From: Chrysomallon squamiferum
Taxonomy: Eukaryota > Animalia > Mollusca
Assembly (NCBI GenBank): GCA_012295275.1
Contig: CM022672.1
Location: 34,534,001 to 34,598,000, forward strand
Length of the DNA stretch: 64,000 nucleotides
Direction of reading: 5' to 3'
Shown piece by piece: positions 30,534 to 47,179 of this stretch; the first letter of the stretch is position 1, and the number at the start of each line of letters is the position of its first letter. Made by a program: the position numbers and the translations under genes. The notes under the pieces are model-generated. The model had not been told where the DNA came from. It was given only the letters and a program-made list of their open reading frames with translations, and ran no database searches.

Positions 30534-31402
30534 TCATTGGTATTGTCGTACAAAATCCACTTTATCAGAAACACGTTTGCAACCATAAACAGAATAACGA
30601 CGTCCGTTTTCTTGCTCTGTGAAAATTAATTCATTAATAACTTGCTGTATTGTGTCTCGCATTTGCTTCTCGCGCTTCACGTGCAAATCATGCTTAATGC
30701 AGTCGACCACGTTTTCTTCTTCAAGCGGTAGAAACGGCACGAAGGCGATCCGTCTTTTTCGCCTGATATATTTAGCATACCACTCGTTGTCCGTTTTAGA
30801 GAATTCGAAATCAAATGATGACAATCTTCTTCTCGGTAATTTTGTCGTGAAAACAACGTTATTTATGTGCAGCGACCTGCTGTTTCCAAGCAGCAGCACA
30901 ATAATAGGAACGTTTTTCTTGTTCGAAAAATAATCGAGAGATTTTAGGATTTCTTCCATCACGGCGTCCGAAAAACGTTCCACTTCATCCAGAATGACGA
31001 TGTTAACGTGACATTCGGCAACTGTCGACATAATTCGTCGCTTTACGTTGCTGGCATAGTCGCCTGTTTGTACTCTGTGCGGTGTATCTGTCTCAGCTGT
31101 GAAAATCAGTTCTCTTTTGCGTGGGAAGAAGTCGACGATGAACTTTGACATGTAATTTTTACCAACTCCATAGGAGCCATGGAATGAAAGAATTAGAGGC
31201 TCGAAATATGTCTGATGCCTGTAAAAATATCCGGAGATCTCCTTCGGAACAATGTCACAAGCGATATGCTGTCCATATACGTGTACGGAAATGTTTTCTC
31301 GCATGTTTTAAAGAAATTGAACTCAAAACTGCAAGGACTTGGGAATAAAACGTAAGCAATTCCAGCGACAAGAATAACACCAGAAGTTATAGTTAGAAGC
31401 AT
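30534..31402 (-). CDS. Torsin-family AAA+ ATPase, intronless CDS, one frameshift near 31306-31309
   Basis: Torsin motifs VYGQHIA, PLILSFHGSYGVGKNY (Walker A GxxGxGKN), IVILDEVE (Walker B), LLLGN (sensor 1), FVPFLPLE and YSVYGCKRV (GCK sensor II). The hydrophobic N-terminus MLLTITSGVILVAGIAYVLF (ORF 31193..31402) joins ORF 30534..31304 if one base is added to the A4 run on the minus strand. Confidence 0.85.
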
Positions 31403-31979
31403 GTTTGGTTAACTCAGACTTAAGAATATCCTCTCGTGTTGAGATTTCGTTTGAATAAAACACCTGTTGAAAAGTATTAATTAGTTAGTTTTAAAAATAC
31501 CTAATTTATAAGCATACAAATTAAAAAATACATTAGGAAATTATAAATTCATTGATTTAAATTATAATTAAATATGATGAAAGTTGATCCTATCATCAGT
31601 CAACCAATCGCCGAATTGAAACGCACACACACACACACACACATACACGCAAGCACACACAGATTCACACATATACACGCAAGCACACAGATACACACAT
31701 ATGCATAAAGACACACGAAAGCAAATATACATCGGTTACAGATGTTTACAGTTACATCCTGTATATAATTTTATACCACTGAACATATTTTCTTCACTTA
31801 TCTCTCATGGGTCTAAATACTGGATAAACTGTATGATATAATACTGTTAACACGTACAATACACAAATTTACTTTATGTTAAATTAACAACAGGCCTATG
31901 AGAAAACAACGTTTAAAAATAGTACTGCACAACAATTATTACTAGTAAAGTAAAACTGAATTAGTGTCATTGACATTTT

Positions 31980-32580
31980 TATATCGAGCTACATTGTCAC
32001 TGTTATTTTTCCTACTGAATTTTCACTTTTATACTGAGCTGTCACTGTTACTTTTTCCAACTGAATTTTCACTTTTATACTGAGCTACATTGCCACTGTT
32101 ACTTTTTCCTACTGAATTTTCACTTTTATACTAAGCTACAGAGTCACTGGAACTTTTTCCTACTGAATTTTCACTTTTATACTGAGCTACATTGTCCCTG
32201 TCACGTTTCCTACTGAATTTTCACTTTTATACTGAGCTACAGAGTCATTGTTACTTTTTCCTACTGAATATTCACTTTTATACTGAGCTACGTTGTCACT
32301 GTTACTTTTTCCTGCTAAATGTTCACAGTTATACTGATCCATAGTGTCACTGGAACTTTTTCGTACTGAATATTCACTTTTATACTGAGCTACATTGTCA
32401 CTGTCACTTTTTCTTACTGAATTTTCACTTTTGTACTGAGCTACATTCTCACTGGAACTTTTTCGTACTGAATATTCACTTTTGTACTGAGCTACATTGT
32501 CACTGTAATTTTTCAGCTCAGCTACATTTTTTTTTTTGTCTTACTTTTCTACTGAGCTACATTGTCACTGGCACTTTTCA
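31980..32580. repeat. ~50-bp minisatellite
   Basis: Tandem TACTGAGCTACATTGTCACTGTTACTTTTTCCTACTGAATTTTCACTTTTA units; one further unit at ~33823-33885. Confidence 0.85.
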
Positions 32581-32851
32581 ATAATAATTATAATTACATA
32601 AAGACTTGCAATAAATAGATTCGGCTGGAGTATAAAATTGTGTTTTTATATCTTTGTATCCATTTTAATTGTATTAGTATTATTCTTATAATAATAATTA
32701 TTAGAAATTACTGATAATTAGCATTACGGTGACCTGCTTACATTTTTATCTATAATTGTATTGATTATGTTACCTGCGTATGTTACTATTCACGAAGCTA
32801 CAGGTTAATAACAAATGCAAAAGTGACTTACCTGAATAGTGAAGGTTAAAG

Positions 32852-33098
32852 TTGAGCGCTGTTAAAAGATTTACAATTATCTTATCTTTGACTACTGTTT
32901 TAAAAGAAAGGAATCAAAAAGACAAAGAAAGAAACACTCATGATATAAAACAGAGAGAGTTTAGCTTCAGTCGATCTTTTCTCTACTGTAAAACCAACAA
33001 TGGTTGTTTGACTATTTTCTAAAAAATCTTGTTATAATATGTCTATCAAATGAAACTCGATATCTTTTCTGAAATTTCGTGCAAATTTGAACACCTGG

Positions 33099-33147
<49 letters not shown>

Positions 33148-33412
33148 CTTTTGATTATTTTTATACGGCAGCTTATATATATATTCCCAAATGTTCAAAT
33201 ATGCAGGAAAATTCAGAAAAGATATCGAGTTTTATTTGATAGACCTAGTAAAAAAAAATTAAATTCTTGAATGCTTTTGATAGATGTCATTTCAAACTAC
33301 ATGTTCTGTAAAGTTCAGCCAAACTGAGACATAAGTAATTCCATATTTCTTTTCTTTTTCTCCTTTTTTTATAGACCTTAATATACATTTAAAAAATATG
33401 ATTATAAAAAGG

Positions 33413-33445
<33 letters not shown>

Positions 33446-33821
33446 TATTATTATTGTGTGTGCTGCCTAATGAATAAATAAAATAATAAATACAAACAAC
33501 GAATAATACAGTAATTTAATATTTTAATTAAAAAAAAAAAAAAAAAAAATAATAAAGAGACTCGCCTGAAACAAGTGCATATTATAATTTATGATAATTT
33601 CACTAACACTGAATACATTTACATCATTTCACGAATGTTAAAAATAGCTTTGCCTCGATCAAATACTGCATTAAACACGACCTAAGCGAAATAACTCTCT
33701 TTTACGTGAACAAAATTACAACAAAGACTGAGTCTCCATAAACACATAACCTGATCACTACGTCAAAGCGATACAGCAAGATCTGAAACTTTGAAAACAG
33801 TTTTATATTGATGAGTCTTTT
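32852..33821 (+). repeat. Long direct repeat, copy 2 (partner 28172-29106)
   Basis: Same collinear sequence as copy 1; it contains the complete hairpin element. Confidence 0.9.
33047..33239. mobile_element. Hairpin/MITE-like inverted repeat around a (TA)n core
   Basis: AAATGAAACTCGATATCTTTTCTGAAATTTCGTGCAAATTTGAACACCTGGGAATATATA pairs with TATATATTCCCAAATGTTCAAATATGCAGGAAAATTCAGAAAAGATATCGAGTTTTATTT. The copy at ~28367-28503 lacks part of the right arm. Confidence 0.65.
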
Positions 33822-34586
33822 GTTACTGAGCTACATCGTCACTGTTACTTTTCCTACTGAATTTTCACTTTTATACTGAGCTACTTACATTTTTATCTAT
33901 AATTGTATTGACTATGCGTACGTTGCTATTCACGAACCTACAGGTTAATAACAAATAGAAAAATAACTTACCTAAATAATGAAGGTTAAAACTAAGAAAA
34001 ACACTTAAAATTTGTCTGTTTAAGTACGATCATCCGACATCTCTCTTGAAACCGAAACTAGGGAAATTCTGGGATTTTATTGATAATGTGTTTTATTTAT
34101 TCTGAAAGTGCCTAAGACGCTGTAGCTCAGCTGAAACGTGTAAGTCCGAATGCACACCAGACGAGAGAGATTCCTCGACGCCATTTTCGCTGCTTAACCC
34201 CATGAGTCAGTGTTTGCAGAGCGCACGTGATTTTCGTTGTGTTTTTAAGTGCGATTCCATAAATTTCATGACAAAGTTATTCCCATTAAAATTAGGCGTA
34301 ACAAAAATTAACATTAATAGATTTTGACGATAGATGAGCCATATTAATATTTACAGAATAGCGATCATTTTTTTAATAATTATAATGACGTCCTATGGTT
34401 GTTGTAGTAAGGATAAATAAATTAACATATTTTTTTTTATTCATCCAAAAGATTATTTTGTTTATTTATCAGAATAGTCTTGAGGATTCTAGTATTTGAC
34501 AGTTTTATGACAAAACTAAAAAAAAAAACATGCAGTTTGCCATTTTACTTTTTGATGTGATAAAGAAAAAAGTAAGCGATAAACCT

Positions 34587-34623
<37 letters not shown>

Positions 34624-34641
34624 TAACTTCTTACAGATGAC

Positions 34642-34714
<73 letters not shown>

Positions 34715-37700
34715 TAATAATATAATATGGAAAAATTTAAACTGTGTGAAATATATTTATTCTGAGTAAATAATTCAATATTAATTGGTAATTTTACTAC
34801 TTCCGGCAACTTTTAAATACTTATTTATTTCTCTTTATAGTGAATAAAAGTGTTATCAAAGATAAATTTAATATTTTTTTTAGTAAATTATATTTATTTA
34901 TTACATTACAGAATAAACATGCTCTTGCTGACCAGAAAAAGGCCAGACTGACCACTTGACCATGCTGTTTGACCAAGTTCTTCGGGTATTCTGATAGTAC
35001 TCAGTTAAGTAAGCAGAAGATAAAATATCTCCACTATAAAAATGAGAACTGAATGGTTGGAGAATTTGCAGAGCTTTTAGAAAGTGTTTGGTTCAAGGGT
35101 GATAATTAAAAACTTTACTTATATGAATAGCGGACTACACTTATAATTATGTTATAATGTGAGTTATATTTTTACTTCTTCTTCTTCTTCTTGTTTTTAT
35201 TTTTATTCTTTATAGGATGGTTGTTGTTTTTTTGAGTTTAATGTACACAGATGTAAATGAAGAAATGTCGTCTCTGGCTGAATTTAATACAGATATGTGT
35301 TTATCTGAGTTTTGTCATACTGACTCCCAGATTACAAAGTGTGTTACCATGATGGTGTATTTCAAACAATTCTTGATGGGGAGAGGGAAACGTTAAAGGT
35401 GTATTTCAAACATCTAATGGGCAAAAATATGACATTAATTCATGTGATTCATAAAAAATGGTACAAAACGGAACATGAATATTTTTTTTTTTAGAAATGA
35501 ATTATCTCGCGAGATCCCAACAAGTTTACCAAAATACAGTAAAAAAAAATCTCAGCAAATTTCGTGAAAACCTGACTTGCTTTAACAAAACAAACTTATT
35601 TATTCATAACGAGGTTACATCAGTCTGTTTCTAAATAGTTTTGAGAACTAAGTGGCTTGCTGAAACTGAGATATTTATAAACAGTTTGTTTCTTCATTTT
35701 TAGTTGTTCTTTTTTTTGTTGTTCTTTTTTGACAATTATATTAAATCTAGATTTTAAAACATACCATATTTTCATGATTGGACCAAAAGAAGTAAAATAA
35801 ATAAACAAATAAATAAAATAAGAAGAAAGTTAGGAACGTCGAAAACAGCAGGTACCCATTAATGTGAATATATCAGATCTTCAGAGAAGGGGAGATAATC
35901 GAAAACGTTTAGTGATTCTGTCTGAATGTGCACTTTCTCTCGAAACTAATGATAGAGAAACGAAAGTAATCATCTTTTAATGATTGAAATAAAACCAGAA
36001 GGTGATTTTATTCGTTTTGATAAATTTATTAAATCACTTACTTTCAGTTTTCAGAGGTTTTCTTTATGGACAAAACGTCACTGAGATGACGTACATACAC
36101 ACTGTTTTCATGGCAACGGTAATACACAATTGTACTTCAACAATATTTAGCAGTGTACTAATTAAAGCAGTCTTTGTCAATAAAATTTCTTTGGTTTGAA
36201 TACAAAGATTTAAATAATTTCCAACATATTTTAATTTTTCCTTTCTAAAAATTTGCATTCAGTAATTTGTTTAATTATAATAAAAACACGGTCATGTGGG
36301 ATCGAACATTCATTGTGGATCTGTTAACTAGTTCCCCGTCACACCCAGTACCAGTGAAAACTACCAATTCTGCAGTAGCAGTAGTAGTAGTAGCAGTAGT
36401 AGTAGTAGTTGTAGTAGAAGTAGAAGTAATAAATAAATACATTGATAAAAAAAAGATTAATAATAATAATAATAAGACACATACGCACTGAAACACACAC
36501 ACAGATACACACACAGAGAGAGACACACAGACACACACAGACACAGGCAAACACTCAGACACACATACACACACATACATAAACATTAAAACAGAATATC
36601 TTGCTGTCACGGAATTTAAATGAGCCAGTTCCGCAGTGCGGTTATTTCGAGTTATGTCCCTTGATTTGTCGTTAGATGTCGCTACGAAAACCAGATCGGC
36701 TGTTAAGAACACAGCACGACGAAGCAAACTGTTATCAACAAAACACACTCTAAATACCCGCGACATAAGCCTGTTGATAAGCTGATAACCGACCAGAATC
36801 TCTCCACTCATCTCTGATTGATTGCAGACTCAGAGGTAAGATTTCATTACGAAACCATTCAATTATTCATCTAACATACTCTGTACGTAAACAAACTCAA
36901 ACAGTTACAAACTAACCAAGGGCTTTGACTCTGCCCAGCGAGTTGGATGTGGTCACCTCGTTCCTGTTCCCTGTGGAACACGTGTAATATCCGCTTCATA
37001 TTGCCATGTAATACTAGAAAGTTAAATATAACAGTTAAACATTACTATAATACTTTACTCAATTCGTCATTCTTAAAATCGGCAAACAATTTAAAAAGGT
37101 AAAACATTTTAAGCTGTACCTTTTCTGGAATGCCAGACAACTCGGCACAGGGACAATCTTGTCTATTGTTGTTTGTTAAATTAACGTATTCTCACCGAAA
37201 TAAAAGGATGTGTTTTTGTTAGTATTGAATTAGTCCCACCTCAACCTAAACGTCCTGAAACGAAGCGTCATGTTGGATTGATAAATGGCTGATCCATTTA
37301 TCTTTGAAGATAGTTTCCGGTTTTCGAATAATTTGTTTTTGTTCTACAGTCGGTGACTTGAACATTGGAGATGATCCCAGAAAAAACATGCAAAATTTCT
37401 TTATCGTACTTTAGCTAGTAACAACATAGCCTCCTGACTTCCAATGAGTGGCTAATGAACAAGTAAATGATATCACCATACAGACGTTGTGTTGTTATTT
37501 TACCTGCCATTAAAAAGTAAATCCAGTTTGCGAGCAGGATGACATTGTCAGCAAGTAATGCATATAACCGTCCGACTTATTTAGATCGCTATTGTTGAAT
37601 GCATGTGTCGGTTACCGGCCAGGTGTTAAATCTTAGTCACACAAACTTGTACGTGACTGTGTAGTTATATGTGTATAATTTTATGACGTTGTGATGTATA

Positions 37701-38246
37701 TGAATATGTTAAAGATTAGTAGTGAATGTATTAGGAAAGTGTGAATTGTATAGTTGCATGGAGGAATAACATATGGTGTTATGTCATGTATTGTTTGATA
37801 GGAACAATGTATTAGCGATATGTGGCAAGATGTTTAATTATTTATGACAGTCTAGGGAATGTCATGCGATATATATATGTATTTCTTATTGTAATGTCAT
37901 GTATTCTAGTCTTGTTGTATTTTAGTTAATTGATTTGACTGTTTCAAGGTTTTAAACATACATTGTGTGTGACGTCAAATAAAAAGCCATTGTCCTGTAC
38001 CTACAGCTGTTTGTCTTTGTGAAAACAAACTCAAATACTATTACATATATTATAAATTTTAAGCACAACACACACATATATATAATACATGTACATAAGA
38101 AAAATCAAACCCTATGACTAGTACAACATCCCATTCCGATTTCAATAACATGTTTTTAACAACTTTAATTACATTTACTTAGACTAATAGTAACATAGAT
38201 AGTCCAATATCAGGTCACATTGCACTGTTTATGTAGTGCTGCTATA

Positions 38247-38552
38247 TCCAGACAGTAATTAATCACACAATATCATGTATCCAAGTTTTATTCAGTAAAT
38301 AGATACCTAGACAGAGAACTACATCAATACAATAATCTCTCTGTGAAAACCAGTTTGAGTATTTAAACAAAGCGTCAATACTAAACCAGAAAGTAATTAA
38401 TTACACAGTATCGTGTATCCAAGTTTTATTCAGTAAATAGATACCTAGACAGAGAACTACATCAATAAAATAATCTCTCTGTGAAAACCAGTTTGAGTAT
38501 TTAAACAAAGCGTCCATACTAAACCAGACAGTAATTAATCACACAGTATCAT
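38247..38552. repeat. ~138-bp tandem duplication (2 full units plus a partial one)
   Basis: CCAGA.AGTAATTAAT.ACACA.TATC.TG recurs at ~38249, ~38386 and ~38524, with near-identical intervening sequence. Confidence 0.8.
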
Positions 38553-39101
38553 GCAGCTTCCAAGTGGCTGTTTATCTTCCTGCTCCCTGGGTCGTAAAGT
38601 GCAACACTTGGAATAAATCAAGCGGTGCGACCCGGAAGTGAGGAGGATTCGCGGAATGGGAAGATAACTCTAAATAATTATACTGCGGAACCGGCCCATT
38701 GCGTAACAAATTTGTCTTTCTACCACGTCCGCACTTTTTATTTTTGGCGCCAATTTTTCCACTCCACGGGGTTGTTTTAAAGCAGCTCGCACTTGGTAGT
38801 TAAAGTGAGAGTAGAAAAGTCAGCCCAACAGCCCAGTCAGGCGGGTAACCGATGTTTCTGAATGACATTTTCTTTACGGACGAGTATGGTAAACCATTGT
38901 CTGTTCTTATTTTGACAGGGTGTAATGTGCACTTAACCTGTGTCAGTAACAGTTCATAAATAAAAAATAACTGTTTAATTGTCCTCCTTGCAGATTGTTA
39001 TTCTATCTTGGTTTCCTCACATAACCTTACTCGTATCATATTTATAAATCCTTTCATAGCGACAGAGACAAATATAAATATATTTACATCAACACCCAGT
39101 C

Positions 39102-39132
<31 letters not shown>

Positions 39133-39853
39133 TCCACAAACATACTCACACACATAGACAGATACACTAATAGTAAATTCCTGAAATTCACAGAATGCTT
39201 AAAAATTCAAATCCAAACGTTGTAATTTTGGGACGTTCTAAAACTCAGAGATTGTTGAGTAAAAGATGATACAAAGTTATATTTTGTTAGAATGCAAAAC
39301 TTTTAATTCATTCAAAAGAGATTTGAAACTAAAATAAAGGAAGTGACCATATATAAACATTTGAAGTGACCATATATAATCATAAGTTTGACCTGTCTCT
39401 ACAATAAAATGAAATCATTTGCTGACTTCATAATTTTCTGAATAATCTATCTTCATATGTGACATCAACATTGGTTGCTTGGTCAGTCTTATTTGGATTG
39501 AGACCAGTTAGGATCCTCTGACAACGTCATCATTACACCTGTGACGTCTACGCGTTGTGCATGCTGCTGTTGTGCATACTGCTGTTTTGTGAACTGATAA
39601 AATATGGTCTCGATTCTAACACCGTACAATTACATGTATGTCAGTATTACGTGAATGAATGTGTCTGAGTAAGTGTGTTTCTGTGTACATCTGTATCATG
39701 TGTTTAGACAAATCGAGTTTAGAGTATCACTGAGAAAAACAATAAAGTCAGTATAATTCAGACTGGCAGGAGAGAACAGTTTATTTATCATCAAAACAAT
39801 AAGTTTCCATCTAGAAACCTGAAATACAGTTGTGGAAATTGTCTAACTTTATT

Positions 39854-40170
39854 TCAGGCGCGGAAAAGACTTTTATACACGGGTTCCAAGTGTGACAAAA
39901 TCGGACTGAAACCACCTTCTTGCCACGGTTCTAACAACCAAGGAAACCATCGAAATGGAGCTATTGCAATATTTTGTACGAAATCTTGATTGAGAACATT
40001 ACAAAAGCAGGAAGCCAGAATCCCATTAACAACAACAGTTCCCGTGACCGTCAGAGGAGCGTACAAACCTGGAGATAATTTCAAGTAGGTGTCTATGTGA
40101 ATATCTATGACTGTGTGGTGTATGCATATAACTATATGTACTACTATATGTACGTGTGTGTGTATATGTG

Positions 40171-40225
<55 letters not shown>

Positions 40226-40482
40226 GCGCGCACATATATATTACTGTCTTACCAGAATTACCAGAATTACCATATTATAATTATTATTGCAATTACAATT
40301 TTCACTGTAATGCGAGTCTTACTACTAATACAAATACTATTGTTACTACTACTGTTACTAATATTAATACAAGTTACTAGACAAAGTGTACTATAACTAC
40401 AACTACTGTTATTATTATTTAGTACTATTACTAGCTTACCTTGTTTGTTTGAAAGAAATATTTGTACAACTCGTTCTGGACA
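39854..40482 (-). pseudogene. Hog gene copy C: intact terminal exon (39854-40068) plus truncated exon 4 (40440-~40482)
   Basis: CTCCAG acceptor, then GLYAPLTVTGTVVVNGILASCFCNVLNQDFVQNIAIAPFRWFPWLLEPWQEGGFSPILSHLEPVYKSLFRA*. Upstream, only CPERVVQIFLSNKQG|gtaagc remains. The 3' flank (~39040-39850) is homologous to that of copy A (~41490-42170). Confidence 0.8.
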
Positions 40483-40787
40483 GTTGTTTTATAATCACTC
40501 TTGTTACTGACATAATTGTCCATTGTTATTTAAAACTTTTACAGTATCTGTTTTCCCTGTTTTGTTATTATTATTTTAAATAAAATAAAATCTCTTGAAA
40601 TAAGCTTTTGGTGACTTAAGCCTGACTTTTTTAAAGGTTAAAAACGTACAAAATACGAAAAGTGGATTTTTGAAATCTGAAATGTGATATTTTTTTTACA
40701 TTATTATAGATATCTTCAAAAAGGGTTTTCTCCATTTAAATTTATTTTTATTTTTTATTATTTATTTTTTTCACAACTTATATAATG

Positions 40788-40844
<57 letters not shown>

Positions 40845-41490
40845 TTTCATAATTATGTTAATATTACATCATTCCAGATATTTAAATAATTAAAATAAAA
40901 TTGAAAAGACGAGAAGAAAATATTTTGGAAAAATAGTCAAAACATAATAATAAAACAAAATAAATGAAAATACGTCACATTTTCTTCTGGATATATTCAA
41001 ACATAAATGGGAATAATAATGAAAGAGAAAACTGGATTCCGTCCTTTTTGTAATTTTCATGATGATGACTTTCAATGGTAAATCTTCATCTTCTGAGATG
41101 AATGAAGTTACACATACTAATATTAAATTCCTAAAACTCAAGATAAATATAACATTGTGCACAGAATGCTCAAAACTTCAAGAGAAAACTTTGAAGATAT
41201 TGTAACTTTCGGTCTGTTGAGCTTTAATGGATTTAATAGGGAAACAGAGAAAACTGTATAATCTCCTTTTTGTTGTGCATCTAAATTGTCTGGTATGTTT
41301 TACATGTTACCATCCCAGAATCATTTTATAAAAATAATACTAGACGAACTATTTAAATGTAGCTTGGTATCATGAAACATAAATAATGAAAGAGAAAAAT
41401 GGATTCTGTGATTTTTGTAATTCTGACGATCATGAGTTTCAGAGTCTTTTCAATTGTAAATCTTTATATTCTGAGGTGAGTGAAAATATT
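40483..41490 (+). mobile_element. Probable decayed non-LTR retrotransposon 3' fragment
   Basis: ORF 41386 reads FCDFCNSDDHEFQSLFNCKSL, resembling the CxxC...EFH.L..C knuckle at the end of LINE ORF2 proteins. The segment abuts the truncation point of copy C exon 4. Confidence 0.35.
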
Positions 41491-42174
41491 TATAAATCCT
41501 TTCACAGAGACAGACGAATATATAAATATATTTACATAAACACCCAGACACACATACACATACACATAGACACACACAAACACACTCACACACGCACACA
41601 CAGAAATACACTCAGACACACACACAAACTCAGACATATTCATAAAAACACAAATACACACACAGACACACAAATACACACACACTCAGAGTCAGATACA
41701 CACACTATATTAAATTCCTGGAACTTAAGATCAATATTGCATGGTGCACAGAAGTCATCAGTTTATTTCATCATTTTCTCAATGATCTCTCTTTATATGT
41801 GACATCAACATTGGTTGTTTGTATTGAGATCAGTTAGGATCCTCTGACAACGTCATCATTACACATGTGACGTCTACGCGTTGTGCACGCTGCTGTTTAC
41901 TTTGCTCTGTGAGCTGATAAAACATGTCTCAATTCTGACAGACAGAAAACCAAACATTCACATGTAAACTTGAATGTACTACAAAGAGTGTGTGTGTGTA
42001 TGTGTTTCTGTGTTCGTATGTATCAAGGGTTTAGACAAATTGAGTTGAGGGCATTATTGACAAAAACAATAAAGTCACTATAATTGAGATTGGCAGGACA
42101 GAACTGTTTATTTATCATGAAACAATAAGTTTTCGTCCAAAAACCTGAAATTCAGTTGTGGTAATTTTCTAACT

Positions 42175-45221
<3,047 letters not shown>

Positions 45222-47057
45222 TCTGCAGTAATAGCACTACCAATAGAAAAACCAACAGGAACATAATTTAAATAGTTTCATATATTCAAATACGCACAGG
45301 TTTTTTTTTCACTTAATTCGATCGATCCAGTAACAAATACTTGTAGTTTTCTTTTTTTTTCCAAGCTGCTCGTTTGTTCATGATCGTTATTAAAAAGGAC
45401 ATTATGTTGCTATAATAAAAAGCGTTTATTTGAAATTCTCTTGTAAAACTACATATTTATTAGATAAGCGAGAAGTGGTACTATCGTTTACATAATGTAG
45501 TGAATAACGTTGAATACAGTTTTATTCAGTTTGTAATACAGACTCCAGCTACATAAAGTACAGGGAATCAGATAAGTTATGTAGTGTTGTGTGTTTATTT
45601 CTTTTAATTAGACATTTCACTATTGTATAAGACTTTAATTATTGTGTATTCATATCACAGCCAAAACATTATAAAGAGGTTTAGCAAGCAAAATACAAAG
45701 GCTCGGACTACTGTTTAGATTTCGGATCACAATCAAACTCAACTATGTTGTGAATGTTAATTTGCCTAACCCCGGGGCAATTGTCCAGTTTGTGTCTTTA
45801 TAAACGTGGCTCGGGTACCACCCAGCTATCGGCTTTGTGTGAAACACGTGTAAACAAACTTACATTAACACAAACAACATCAGCCCGATGTTGAGTACGA
45901 CCACCACGTAAACCACGTCTCACTGTGTGACGTGTGTAACAAACACAAAATACAAACACAAAATACAAACACAAAATACAAACACAAAATACATTTTCTG
46001 TCAAGTTATTTTCAAAAACGTAACACAAGTTTGCATGATACTAAGGAAAATGCATTGTACTTGGTTTCTAGTTATCACGAGATTATTATAACTAGCATTC
46101 GTTATTTCTAATGTCTTATTATTCCCTAAACAGTTACAGAAAACTGTAAGGTATTGAATCAGTAACAGAGGTTCTTTTTGTGTTGTTATATTCTAAAGGA
46201 AAGTGTTACGAACAAATTGGAATGCAGTTATATCTAATAAAAACAAAAAGAGAAATTGTTACTGCAGTTAATATGTTGGCCTTGTCTTAAGTCAATCCAG
46301 ATAGTTCAAAAATATTAAGGAAGATTTAATTCAACCCAGACTGAAAGTCTCTCTTCACTGTATTCAAAACTAGATGTTGATAATGCATCGGTCGAATGTC
46401 AGTTAGACTTGTTTGGCAAGATTGTAAAATTAAAATAATTATAATACGGATGTGAAAACCGGGGATTCAGTTAAAGAATTCATCTCAAGTTTCACAGATA
46501 TTTTATGTAAACACCAAACGTTCTGGTGAATTAGCGATACTTCCGTTGTTTATAAGTACTGAAATAAGAATTAGTATATATTGGGTAAATGTTTCTAATT
46601 GTATGAATCTAACTTAATATCTTGCTATCTTAAGTCTTTGGTTATCTTTAGTAAAAGTATTTCTAGATAAACGCATGTTTCTAACATGTATAGCTTCATT
46701 GACGTGAAAATATTGTGATTTAAAACACGCTGTAAAAACAATACTACATGATCATATGTTAAAAAACGATGATGAATTTGAGTGGGTTAACGAATTTACG
46801 ACTGGTAATGTGAAACATTTATGGGTTTAATATCTGAAAGAGAAAAATTGCATCGGTCATTTTTATAATGAATCTAAATTGTCTGAAATATTTTAAATGT
46901 TGTCATGCTGTACTCATAACAATGTTATAAATGCAAAATTAATTCAAAGCTATTTTTCTAACACTAAAACAGAAATGGTAAATGGTATCTGTCACTTTTG
47001 GAATTTTTATGGTGAAAAATTATTTTTAACCGTACAACTTTATCTGCTGAGATAAAT

Positions 47058-47096
<39 letters not shown>

Positions 47097-47179
47097 AAGC
47101 TATATATATATACACACACACACACATCATAATTAATATTATAATTAATATTATAATACACTTTGAAGAAACAAAATGT

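Noticed and set aside
28172-33821. LTR retrotransposon that captured torsin
   Set aside because: No clear TG...CA termini, PBS/PPT, target-site duplication or gag/pol remnants; the repeats contain microsatellites typical of ordinary flank.
36560-39040. Higher-complexity segments suggestive of TE or LTR fragments, including ORF 36275..36811
   Set aside because: No termini, duplication partner or protein motif identified; the ORF is largely microsatellite.
24805-40482. Copies D (exons 1-4) and C (exon 5) as one gene split by an inversion
   Set aside because: C retains its own exon 4 3' end, which differs from D's complete exon 4, so they are separate copies.
46100-47000. Coding-like stretch (…LHDHMLKNDDEFEWVNEFTTGNVKHLW…)
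   Set aside because: Interrupted by stops, with no family I can recognise; it cannot be supported without a search.
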